From: Verrucomicrobiota bacterium
GTDB taxonomy: Bacteria > Verrucomicrobiota > Kiritimatiellia > UBA8416 > JBHORK01
Assembly: GCA_042565725.1 (NCBI GenBank)
Contig: JBHORK010000001.1
Location: 4,995 to 68,994, forward strand
Direction: 5' to 3'
DNA length: 64,000 nt
Numbering within the stretch: the stretch's first letter is position 1; each line of letters starts with the position of its first letter. Shown one piece after another: positions 1-7,899 of the stretch. Under the pieces are notes generated by a model. That model was not told the origin of the DNA and searched no databases. It was given only the letters and a program-made list of their open reading frames with translations. A program made the position numbers and the translations under genes.

Positions 1-234
1 ATGCATGGCGATTGGTGCGGGAATAGCTTCATGTAAATCTGCCAGACCGCAAATATGGTCAAAATGACCATGAGTCAGCAAGTAAGCTGCAACGGAGAGA
101 TTATGCTTTTTGAGGACCGCAAGAATTTTAACAGCTTCAGCGCCGGGATCTATCACAATGGCCTGTTCGGAATTGCCCCAGACCAGATAGCAGTTAACCT
201 GGAATTCTCCAACTATAATTGTTTCAATATTCAT
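1..234 (-). CDS. MBL-fold metallo-hydrolase (glyoxalase II-like), N-terminal part; runs off the window start
   Basis: Not in the ORF track. Manual translation from ATG 234 gives MNIETIIVGEFQVNCYLVWG...IDPG...LLTHGHFDHICG, with the HxHxDH metal-binding motif. Confidence 0.9.
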   Translation of the reverse strand, partial: MNIETIIVGEFQVNCYLVWGNSEQAIVIDPGAEAVKILAVLKKHNLSVAAYLLTHGHFDHICGLADLHEAIPAPIAMH

Positions 235-363
235 AACACACCGTTAAAATTAAAGGGCGAAGGAGCTTAGTTCAATAAAATAGTCGACTAATCGGCATTT
301 TTCTTCATTATTGTCACAGTGAGTTGTGTTGGCTGCGGCAACATGGCCTCACACGGAATATTC

Positions 364-420
364 CTTGTCCCGCCAAAGCGGGATAAATTGGATACTTGTC
401 CCGCAGGGCGGGATTGGATA
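364..420. repeat. Tandem pair of REP-like GC hairpins
   Basis: CTTGTCCCGCCAAAGCGGGATAAATTGGATA followed by CTTGTCCCGCAGGGCGGGATTGGATA; both have TCCCGC-N4/N3-GCGGGA stems. Confidence 0.7.
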
Positions 421-445
421 TTCAATCTGATATATTCATCTAACA

Positions 446-1075
446 ATGAAAATACTCATTACAGCAGGCCCTACCAGGGAGCCGATTGATCCGGTGCGAT
501 TTATCAGTAATCGTTCTTCAGGCAAAATGGGGTATGCCGTGGCAAATGCCGCGATTGAGAGTGGTCATGAAGTTGTTCTTGTTTCAGGGCCGGTGTCTTT
601 GCCGGTACCTGCCGGAGCCGTGTTTATCAAGGTGACAACCGCGGAGGAGATGTATCAGGCTGTGCAGGATCAAATTGACTGGTATGACGTGCTGATTATG
701 ACTGCGGCCGTTGCTGATCGGCGTCCGGCGAAGGCCTCGAAGAATAAAATTAAAAAAGACCGGATGGAGTCTTTTATTGAATTAACACCTACTGCTGATA
801 TTCTTTACGCCGTACGCGATCAGAAAAAAGACCGTTTGCACATTGGGTTTGCGGCTGAAACAGACAACATTATCGAGGAAGCTCGCCGGAAGCTCGTGAA
901 AAAAAGACTTGATCTGATAGTTGCGAATGATGTAACTAGGCCAGATTCGGGATTTGAGACCGATACAAACAAAGTTACGTTCATAACACGCTCGGGTCTG
1001 CCCTTGGAACTTCCTGTTATGAGTAAACACGAAGTGGCTGTTAATATCCTTGAATGGATAGAAGAAAACGCATAG
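446..1075 (+). CDS. coaB: Phosphopantothenate--cysteine ligase (stand-alone CoaB domain)
   Basis: Motifs [38 protein letters not shown] and DLIVANDV. Confidence 0.93.
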   Translation: MKILITAGPTREPIDPVRFISNRSSGKMGYAVANAAIESGHEVVLVSGPVSLPVPAGAVFIKVTTAEEMYQAVQDQIDWYDVLIMTAAVADRRPAKASKNKIKKDRMESFIELTPTADILYAVRDQKKDRLHIGFAAETDNIIEEARRKLVKKRLDLIVANDVTRPDSGFETDTNKVTFITRSGLPLELPVMSKHEVAVNILEWIEENA

Positions 1076-1090
1076 GTTCGTATTTCTAAA

Positions 1091-2614
1091 ATGAAAGAAC
1101 GCGAACACTGGAAAAATAGATCGATTTTTATTATGGCCGCTGTTGGGTCGGCGATCGGTCTGGGTAATCTCTGGCGGTTTCCATATATTGCCGCTCAAAA
1201 CGGGGGAGGGGCTTTTCTGGTTCCATACTTCCTGGCCCTGCTCACTGCCGGCATTCCTATCATGATTATTGAATATGGGCTTGGTGTCCGCTCTCAGGCT
1301 TCCGCAAACATTGCGCTTGGCGCAGTTGACCGTAGATTCAGGTTTGTCGGTTGGTTGGCTATCATGGGGGCCTTTGCGATCAATATATATTATTGTGTCG
1401 TGATGAGCTGGACCTGGTGCTCTCTTTTTGACGTGGGAACAATTACGCAATGGGCCGATAGTATTTCAACATCAGGGCAGCATTTTAAGACTCAGTTATT
1501 GCAGCGGTCAAGCGGTGTTTGGCAGTTTGAGGGAATACGCTGGCCGATTCTTGCAGGTCTTGTTGTTACCTGGATCACAATTTGGCTGATAATAAAGAGC
1601 GGTCTTGGGAAAATAGGGAAAGTACTCCTTTTTACTGTTCCAGTGCCGGTTGTTCTTATTTTGGTTCTTGTCGTGCGCGGATTAACCCTGGAGGGGGCGC
1701 AAACCGGACTTAACTACTTTCTTTCTCCGGATTGGTCAAAGCTGGCCGATCCGAATGTATGGCTTGAAGCTTATGGGCAGGTTTTCTTTTCGCTTTCCGT
1801 TGGCTTCGGAACAATGATCGCGTATTCGTCGTTTATGCCGCGCAATACGGAAATACCTAATTCTGCGGCTATCACTTCTTTTGCAAACTGCTCTTTCAGT
1901 TTTTTGGCAGGTTTTGCTGTTTTCAGTGTTTTAGGCTATTTTGCCGTGGCCACAAATACTCCGATTGAAAATGTTGTAAGTGTTGAGAACGTGGGGCCGG
2001 GCCTCGCTTTTGTTATTTATCCTGCTGCTCTTGCAACGCTTCCCGTTTGGGTTAAAGGTTTTGCTTTTCTCTTTTTTCTTACGCTGCTTCTTCTGGGTAT
2101 TGACTCCGCTTTCAGTTTGCTTGAAACTGTCAGCGCAGCCTTGACGGATAAGTTTGATTTTTCACGTACAAAGTCGACGACAATAGTTGCTGTTATAAGT
2201 TTAGTGCTGGGACTTCCATTTGTAACCGGTGCAGGTCTTTACTGGCTGGACATTGTTGATCACTTTCTTATGAAATATGTAATTACCTTTGTTGCAATCA
2301 TGGAATGCATTATTGTCGGCTATTTTCTGGGCATTAAGAAATTTGCCTCCGAGATAAATCGAACAGCAGAAATCAAGCTGGGTCTTGTTTTTGCGATCAT
2401 GGTTAAATTTGTTACTCCTGTAATACTTGCTGTTACCATGGTGTTGTCATTTTACACAGAAGTAAAGGAGCCGTATGGAGGATATCCTCAATCGGCCATA
2501 TGGATAATAGGTGTGGGTACTCTGTTGTTGCTAATCGTTGTTTCTCTGATCTTGTCAACTGTTCGTACCGATACGGACAGGGAACGTGAGCGGGGCGTGC
2601 GGGAAATAAATTGA
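1091..2614 (+). CDS. Sodium-dependent transporter, NSS/SNF (LeuT-like) family
   Basis: Motifs AAVGSAIGLGNLWRFPY, NGGGAFLVPY, GQVFFSLS and GPGLAF; about 12 TM segments. Confidence 0.95.
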   Translation: MKEREHWKNRSIFIMAAVGSAIGLGNLWRFPYIAAQNGGGAFLVPYFLALLTAGIPIMIIEYGLGVRSQASANIALGAVDRRFRFVGWLAIMGAFAINIYYCVVMSWTWCSLFDVGTITQWADSISTSGQHFKTQLLQRSSGVWQFEGIRWPILAGLVVTWITIWLIIKSGLGKIGKVLLFTVPVPVVLILVLVVRGLTLEGAQTGLNYFLSPDWSKLADPNVWLEAYGQVFFSLSVGFGTMIAYSSFMPRNTEIPNSAAITSFANCSFSFLAGFAVFSVLGYFAVATNTPIENVVSVENVGPGLAFVIYPAALATLPVWVKGFAFLFFLTLLLLGIDSAFSLLETVSAALTDKFDFSRTKSTTIVAVISLVLGLPFVTGAGLYWLDIVDHFLMKYVITFVAIMECIIVGYFLGIKKFASEINRTAEIKLGLVFAIMVKFVTPVILAVTMVLSFYTEVKEPYGGYPQSAIWIIGVGTLLLLIVVSLILSTVRTDTDRERERGVREIN

Positions 2615-2625
2615 GGTAGGCTGAT

Positions 2626-2754
2626 ATGGAAGCTAAAGCAATTATAATGGCGCTGGCAGGAATTTTTCTTCTCTACGGCGGCTTAATATTCTGTATTGCT
2701 ATCGCGTGGTATCATGGTCGTAATCCTGAGAAAAATAATAACGACAAAAAATGA
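2626..2754 (+). CDS. MetS-like small subunit of NSS transporter (42 aa)
   Basis: Below the ORF-track cutoff. GAGGTAGG RBS; MEAKAIIMALAGIFLLYGGLIFCIAIAWYHGRNPEKNNNDKK has one TM with a YGGL motif and directly follows the NSS gene. Confidence 0.75.
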   Translation: MEAKAIIMALAGIFLLYGGLIFCIAIAWYHGRNPEKNNNDKK

Positions 2755-2786
2755 TTCAATCCCGGCGGCTAATAGCCGAAGTACAC

Positions 2787-3437
2787 TCACATTGTAAGCC
2801 AGTCGTAAAGAGTTGAAAGCATTCCGATAAAGGTCTTCGTAATCACAATAAGACTGTGTGGTCCTATTGCAACAAGAATTGCGCCGAAAAGGGCCCGCAG
2901 GTAGCAGTTGCCTTCTATGACAAAGAAATAAAAGAACGAATAAAATGGAACCATCAAACACAATAGTCCATTGAACCAGGAATCCTTGAAACCAAGTATT
3001 ACTATGAAAACATGAAACCCCGCAACTATGACCGGGCCAATATAATTGATGAGTTCGGTCGTCTCATCGGAAAAACCGCCTTTGTATTTCATGGATGCCA
3101 TGATTGAAGCGAGTACTGCAAACAGGATCACGCTTGTTATAATATGGAAATTGTTGAGTTGAATCGTTTTCTTCTTTATTACGATGTTGTGAAAACGCCA
3201 TAACTTTTTACGAGGCTTTGTCTTTTTCTTGGCCTGGGGCTGACTGACTTCTGTCTTTAGTCGAGGTTTTGAATTTAGGGAGTTCGGTTCAACAGGCCTG
3301 GATGGCTCAGCCGCTTCCTCGGCTTCAATGTCAATTTTATCGCCGCAAAACTGGCACTTAAGTAAATTAGTATCTACGTATTCCGACACTATATTTGTTT
3401 GAGCGCAATTAGGACATCCAAATTCAACATCTGCCAT
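2787..3437 (-). CDS. Zinc-ribbon membrane protein (paralog of 3448..4128)
   Basis: Start MADVEFGCPNC...CQFC; C-terminal TM region with FKDSWFNGLLCLMVPFYS. Confidence 0.75.
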   Translation of the reverse strand: MADVEFGCPNCAQTNIVSEYVDTNLLKCQFCGDKIDIEAEEAAEPSRPVEPNSLNSKPRLKTEVSQPQAKKKTKPRKKLWRFHNIVIKKKTIQLNNFHIITSVILFAVLASIMASMKYKGGFSDETTELINYIGPVIVAGFHVFIVILGFKDSWFNGLLCLMVPFYSFFYFFVIEGNCYLRALFGAILVAIGPHSLIVITKTFIGMLSTLYDWLTM

Positions 3438-3447
3438 CTTGTTCCCT

Positions 3448-4128
3448 TTATTCGCTCCACACATCGCCGCCGCCGGAAGCGATCCATGCTGTAATCTTGC
3501 TGAAGATGACAGCAATCCAGCCTGCCAGCACTATAGAGCTGTCTTGACCGATTCCTATCAATATTCCTCCGAAAACAGCCCGCATATAAAAATCGTCTGA
3601 TATGGAGAATAGGTAGTACAGGGAATAGAATGGAACCAGCAGACATAATGCACCCTGAAACATGGAATCCTTAAAGGCTTTAAGCACGATAAGAATGTGG
3701 CCCGCTATTACGAGGATTGGTCCATATAAACCGAAATACAGAATGCAGTCAGAAGTGAATGCCGATTGATATCTCAAATAAGCCATAAGGCCTCCCAATA
3801 GGATGAAGGTAATCCATGAGCCGCCATGGCGGGTAATTACAAACTTACGCTTTGGCTGTAGTTCATTGGCAGCTCTTTGGGAAATCCACCATTGCCTTTC
3901 CTCCGGTTCAGTCTCGGCTGATTCTGCTGTTTCAGCTGACTCTGCTGTATCGGGCTGTTCTATGGGTTTGGGAGTCTTACGAAGAGAAGGTTTTGATTTA
4001 GCAGAACTGACTTTGGGCTTAGCCAGCTTTTCACCGCATGATTGGCAAGCAATTGAATCGGAATCAATAAATTCTGATACCGTGGTTACTTTCGAACACT
4101 TTGGGCATTTGATGCTGACATCGGCCAT
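3448..4128 (-). CDS. Zinc-ribbon membrane protein (paralog of 2787..3437)
   Basis: Start MADVSIKCPKC...CQSC; C-terminal TM region with FKDSMFQGALCLLVPFYS. Confidence 0.75.
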   Translation of the reverse strand: MADVSIKCPKCSKVTTVSEFIDSDSIACQSCGEKLAKPKVSSAKSKPSLRKTPKPIEQPDTAESAETAESAETEPEERQWWISQRAANELQPKRKFVITRHGGSWITFILLGGLMAYLRYQSAFTSDCILYFGLYGPILVIAGHILIVLKAFKDSMFQGALCLLVPFYSLYYLFSISDDFYMRAVFGGILIGIGQDSSIVLAGWIAVIFSKITAWIASGGGDVWSE

Positions 4129-4156
4129 AGATAACTCCCGGGTTGAAGTAGTTTGG

Positions 4157-4393
4157 CTATTCGCCCAGAATCTCCTCAAGGTTTTTTTGGTGTTCGGCGC
4201 TTACTTTCTCCAGGGTCTCCCGTGCTTTTTTACCAGCTCTAACTGCAGTTCGTCCGGTGACGCCGTCTATGAAAGTTTCTGTTGATGATTTTTGGTCCGG
4301 CGATATTTCCCCGCTTTCTTTCTTTTCCTGCTCATTGGGTTTTCTGCAGCCGGTAAGTCCGTATAGAATTAATATTATTAAGAACAGTTTCAT
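4157..4393 (-). CDS. Small lipoprotein, hypothetical
   Basis: Hydrophobic signal peptide with lipobox LTGC; start overlaps the stop of the upstream kinase. Confidence 0.7.
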   Translation of the reverse strand: MKLFLIILILYGLTGCRKPNEQEKKESGEISPDQKSSTETFIDGVTGRTAVRAGKKARETLEKVSAEHQKNLEEILGE

Positions 4394-5928
4394 CTTATGG
4401 TTGTTCTTTGTGTGGCCGTGCTCTTCTGTGAAAGAACACGACGGATTGTTTCGAGAAAATGTTCAGAACGGAATGGCTTCTGGATGAATTCCCATGATCC
4501 GCGTCCCAGGTAGCCTCTTACATAGTCTCTTGAGAATCCTGATGTCAGGATGATAAGAGCTGTTGGGTCTATCGCGAATATTTCCTCTACGATCTTCTTG
4601 CTGTCTTTTCCCGGCATTATAACGTCAATAATTGAAAGTTTGATATCACCTGCGTGATCTTTGTAAAATGGAACGACTTTTTCAGGGTCTTTTAACGTAT
4701 GAACATGATAACCAGATTTTTGAAGAACGTCTCTAGCTTTGTCTAAGACTTCTTTTTTATCATCCGCCATAAGGATAGTTTCACCCCCTGCGTGTGCAAC
4801 GCGTTTTGCTTCTTTTTCTGCTTGAACTTTGGCTTTCGGAATGAACAGCCTGAAACTTGATCCGTGGCCGGGTTGACTTCTGACTTTTACATAACCTCCC
4901 CAGCGCTGGATGGAGCTTTTGAGCGCAGTTAAGCCGAGTCCGGTTGCAGAGCCTTGCTCTTTTGTTGAAAAGAAAGGCTCAAAGATACGATTTAAAATGT
5001 CTTTGGGTATTCCGCAGCCGGTATCGCGTATGCGTAGAACCACATATTTTTTCTTGCCGGCTACTTTTAGCGAAGTATCGATTAATATGTCGCCTCCGGA
5101 GGGCATTGCATCAGCGGCGTTAAAGAATAAATCAAGTATGCTGTCAAGAAGCTGGCTTTCATCAGCCATAACATAGGGTGTTTTTGTAAGATTCGGAGCT
5201 TTTAAAATTATTTTACGTTCATCGAAAGTAGCTTTAACCATGTTAATGGCGTTTTTAATTACTCTGCCTAATGGAATTGGTTTGATTTCCATTTCGCCGT
5301 TAATGTTGCTTGCTCGAGCAATGCTTAGCAGACGTTTCGGGATTTGTCCGGCATGTTCGGATGCCTGGAGAATGCTGAGCGCTTCCTCATATGCCTTGGT
5401 GTTCGGGATAAGGGTGTCGGCTATCGCTGACGCGTGAGACGATATAATCCCAAGCCAGTTAGTGAATTTAAGCGCTATGCTTTGTACAACATTTCCTATT
5501 GCTTCTATTTGCTGCTTGTTCCGGGTTTCCCTGTTTTTCAGCATTTTTTTGGTTGTATCGCTGAAAACAAACACACAACCTTCAATGCTGCTCCTGTACC
5601 CCATTATTGGAGAGAGTGTTCCTCTAATAATTATTTCTCGTTTATCAAGAGTAACCATTATTGTGTCTGGGAAGTTTCTGGGTTCGGAACTTTTATGGAA
5701 TGATAACGCTGTTGGAATCCTTACGGATGTACGCTTATTGTGATCGAAAAGCTGGAATAATTCCTTCTGGGGCTTACCAAGGAACGATTTCAGCTTTTGA
5801 CCGGTAAGCAACTCAGCATGGTAGTTCATAAATGTTATGAGCCCACCTTTGTCGGTGGCAATTACGGCCTCGCTCATGTATCTCAAAATCGAGCTTAACC
5901 ACTTGGCATCTTTGTATTTAGGGTCCAT
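4390..5928 (-). CDS. PAS-domain hybrid sensor kinase/receiver with degenerate H-box
   Basis: PAS (EAVIATDKGGLITFMN), HATPase boxes (NAADAM, DTGCGI, IFEPFFSTK, TGLGL) and receiver (ADD...IIDVIMPG...KPF). Likely start is MDPKY at 5928, not the longer ORF-track start. Confidence 0.85.
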   Translation of the reverse strand: MDPKYKDAKWLSSILRYMSEAVIATDKGGLITFMNYHAELLTGQKLKSFLGKPQKELFQLFDHNKRTSVRIPTALSFHKSSEPRNFPDTIMVTLDKREIIIRGTLSPIMGYRSSIEGCVFVFSDTTKKMLKNRETRNKQQIEAIGNVVQSIALKFTNWLGIISSHASAIADTLIPNTKAYEEALSILQASEHAGQIPKRLLSIARASNINGEMEIKPIPLGRVIKNAINMVKATFDERKIILKAPNLTKTPYVMADESQLLDSILDLFFNAADAMPSGGDILIDTSLKVAGKKKYVVLRIRDTGCGIPKDILNRIFEPFFSTKEQGSATGLGLTALKSSIQRWGGYVKVRSQPGHGSSFRLFIPKAKVQAEKEAKRVAHAGGETILMADDKKEVLDKARDVLQKSGYHVHTLKDPEKVVPFYKDHAGDIKLSIIDVIMPGKDSKKIVEEIFAIDPTALIILTSGFSRDYVRGYLGRGSWEFIQKPFRSEHFLETIRRVLSQKSTATQRTTIR

Positions 5929-6092
5929 GTTTGTTGATTTCCTCTTCTGTTGTAATTTACAACGCAGTATTTGTCTGGTCAAGACAAACGAGCCCTGAGG
6001 AATTTGCAATGTAACCCGTCCTGAGGCGGGCAAGCGCAAATGCGAAGGGGAATAGGGGCGGAAACGAGAAGGTCTGAGAATTAGGTCCCGAC

Positions 6093-6117
6093 ACGAAATA
6101 CGCTTCACGAGATACGA
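6093..6117. repeat. Dispersed heptad-period repeat (core AAATACGCTTCACGAGATACG), copy 1
   Basis: The same core recurs at 11037, 37671 (reverse), 37981 and 38898 (reverse). Confidence 0.8.
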
Positions 6118-6118
6118 G

Positions 6119-6308
6119 TTAGAATTCGCGGGATTTAAACCTATTTCCAAGCCAGAGCGGAATAAGAGTGGTTAACGCAGTGATAACAAACAGCCATACT
6201 CCCGCCCAGATCAAACCCGAGTACAGTTGCGAAAGACTGATTTTGTTGGTGAAGTGCAAATGGGATACAAATCCGAAAGGCAATATTACTGCCAGCATGA
6301 AGCATAAA
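6119..6308 (-). pseudogene. C-terminal fragment of a membrane protein (possibly an ABC exporter permease), cut at the MITE
   Basis: Two TM segments (SLCFMLAVILPFGFVSHLH...GLIWAGVWLFVITALTTLIPLWLGNRFKSREF*) with no 5' part. The upstream part of the called ORF lies inside the repeat element. Confidence 0.4.
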
Positions 6309-6570
6309 CTAGTCTGAACATTGCACGAACAAAACAGAATGTTTAATAAAAAGGGAATAACCACAGGGCGATATAAAGATTTTTTGAAGAAACAACAAAA
6401 CACAAATTGTAATCTTAGTTTTTGAGAGAATATTCTGTTTTGTTCGCCCGAAGGGTGAGTTCACAGCACGTAATCGCCTTTGTTCTCAAGGGTAAAGCGG
6501 TATGCTATACAGCGTTACCCTTGACGCCGCGGCGCTTCCGCACTGTGAACTCATGCAATGATCAGGCTAG
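6309..6570. mobile_element. MITE-like non-autonomous element, copy 1
   Basis: About 260 bp, highly similar to 25083..25346. Terminal inverted repeats TCTGAACATTGCA / TGCAATGATCAGG are flanked by a CTAG direct repeat; there is an internal long hairpin. Confidence 0.85.
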
Positions 6571-6587
6571 GATAATGAATATACGTT

Positions 6588-7475
6588 TCACGGCCTTTGG
6601 GTGACTTCCAGAAGCTCAGATTGGATTTTTGAAAGTTCTGATTTGAGAGATGCAAACTTTGGGTTGTCAGTTAATTTTTTCGCGTTCCAGTCACTGTACT
6701 TTTTCTTCGCAGATTTAAAATCATCCACAAGTTTGATGTTTTTTCCTTTCATGCGACGCAGTTCGTCTGCTATCTCAATGCGTTCGGCACCTGTTGACGA
6801 GTCTCTTTTCTTTTGGAGGATTTCTGTTTTCTTCCAGAATTCATTATAAGTTTTTTTTGAAGTTTCATACTCTTCGGCGTATGGATTGTTGGATTTTATA
6901 AAAGCCTGTTGCTCTTTCAGCAGTGTTCTTAATTGCGCCGCGACTTTGGATTGGTCTGATCTCAGCTTTTTCTCCTCGGGATTTGCTGTATCCAGTGAGC
7001 CCGAACGTAGATCAAGATTTTCCGCTCGAATATATATGTTTGGCACAAGTCGGTTGTTATGATGGACGCTACACAGTGCCAGATTTTCTTTGCTTACTGT
7101 TTTTGTTTCGGACACTTCGACAAGTGTTCCGGGGGCGATTTTCCGTAAGAACTTGTAGGATTCATTGTATGCATTAGCGCCGGAGCTTTTTACCACACCC
7201 CATTTCAAGTGAGTATTAACGGCTGGTTTTTTTCCTGAGGTTTCGGAGGGAATGTCAATTTTCTCCAGGTCTGGCTTCTCCCAGAGGATCTGTTCAAGGT
7301 CTTCCTCGATTTTTGCAATTGTTTTGGTTGTTTGTCGGGGCCGGGGTTGAGTGGAACGCGTTTGATATACGCGTTCCTGGTTACGCAAACATCCAACGCT
7401 AAAGTAAATGGCTGTAGTGCCAGCAACGGCGACGATCAGGTATTGAATAATAAATTTTTTCCATGCATTTGTCAT
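6588..7475 (-). CDS. Hypothetical protein with N-terminal TM anchor and C-terminal coiled coil
   Basis: 295 aa ORF with a hydrophobic N-terminus and K/E-rich heptads. Confidence 0.7.
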   Translation of the reverse strand: MTNAWKKFIIQYLIVAVAGTTAIYFSVGCLRNQERVYQTRSTQPRPRQTTKTIAKIEEDLEQILWEKPDLEKIDIPSETSGKKPAVNTHLKWGVVKSSGANAYNESYKFLRKIAPGTLVEVSETKTVSKENLALCSVHHNNRLVPNIYIRAENLDLRSGSLDTANPEEKKLRSDQSKVAAQLRTLLKEQQAFIKSNNPYAEEYETSKKTYNEFWKKTEILQKKRDSSTGAERIEIADELRRMKGKNIKLVDDFKSAKKKYSDWNAKKLTDNPKFASLKSELSKIQSELLEVTQRP

Positions 7476-7498
7476 ATGTTGTCAGTTGTATGTAAAAA

Positions 7499-7771
7499 TT
7501 AATTTTCGGCTGACGATGATCGCAAGAGCCCTATTGCCGTAAGAATTCCAACTATACAGCCGAATAACAAATAAGCGAGAAGGAAACTCTGATTCTGTCC
7601 GATAAAAAGTGTCCATCCCCATTTGTATGCAAACAGATAAGCGGCAATAAGACCAACACGATTATACCTGCAGACCAGACATAACGCGAGAATCATAAGA
7701 AGAATAGAAATTTCCAGTGCTGGCAGTGTTAGATTGGCTTGGAGAAGAATCTTGAAAAAATCTTTGGTCAC
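7499..7771 (-). CDS. Small membrane protein, hypothetical
   Basis: 90 aa, about 3 TM segments, AAGGAAA RBS before the GTG start. Confidence 0.65.
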   Translation of the reverse strand: MTKDFFKILLQANLTLPALEISILLMILALCLVCRYNRVGLIAAYLFAYKWGWTLFIGQNQSFLLAYLLFGCIVGILTAIGLLRSSSAEN

Positions 7772-7845
7772 ACAGTTTCCTTTTTATGGGATGGATTACA
7801 AAATCAGTTTATTATGAATTAGCGGTTAATTGCAAGAATATTAAG

Positions 7846-7867
7846 GAATTTGCGCATGCGCAAATTC
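7846..7867. promoter_or_regulatory. 22-bp perfect palindrome, candidate operator
   Basis: GAATTTGCGCATGCGCAAATTC; a related palindrome lies at 11802. Confidence 0.5.
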
Positions 7868-7899
7868 AAAAGGGGTAGTAGTAGGGAAGCCCGATCCCG

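Noticed and set aside
782-1450. 222-aa minus-strand ORF
   Set aside because: Overlaps coaB and the NSS transporter on the opposite strand; no motifs.
6482-6528. Integron attC site
   Set aside because: Lacks RYYYAAC/GTTRRRY ends, there is no cassette array or integrase, and it lies inside an element with terminal repeats and target duplications.
6422-6604. ORF sharing a peptide with the N-terminus of ORF 25216
   Set aside because: The shared peptide is just translated MITE sequence; the GT2 most likely starts at 25351.
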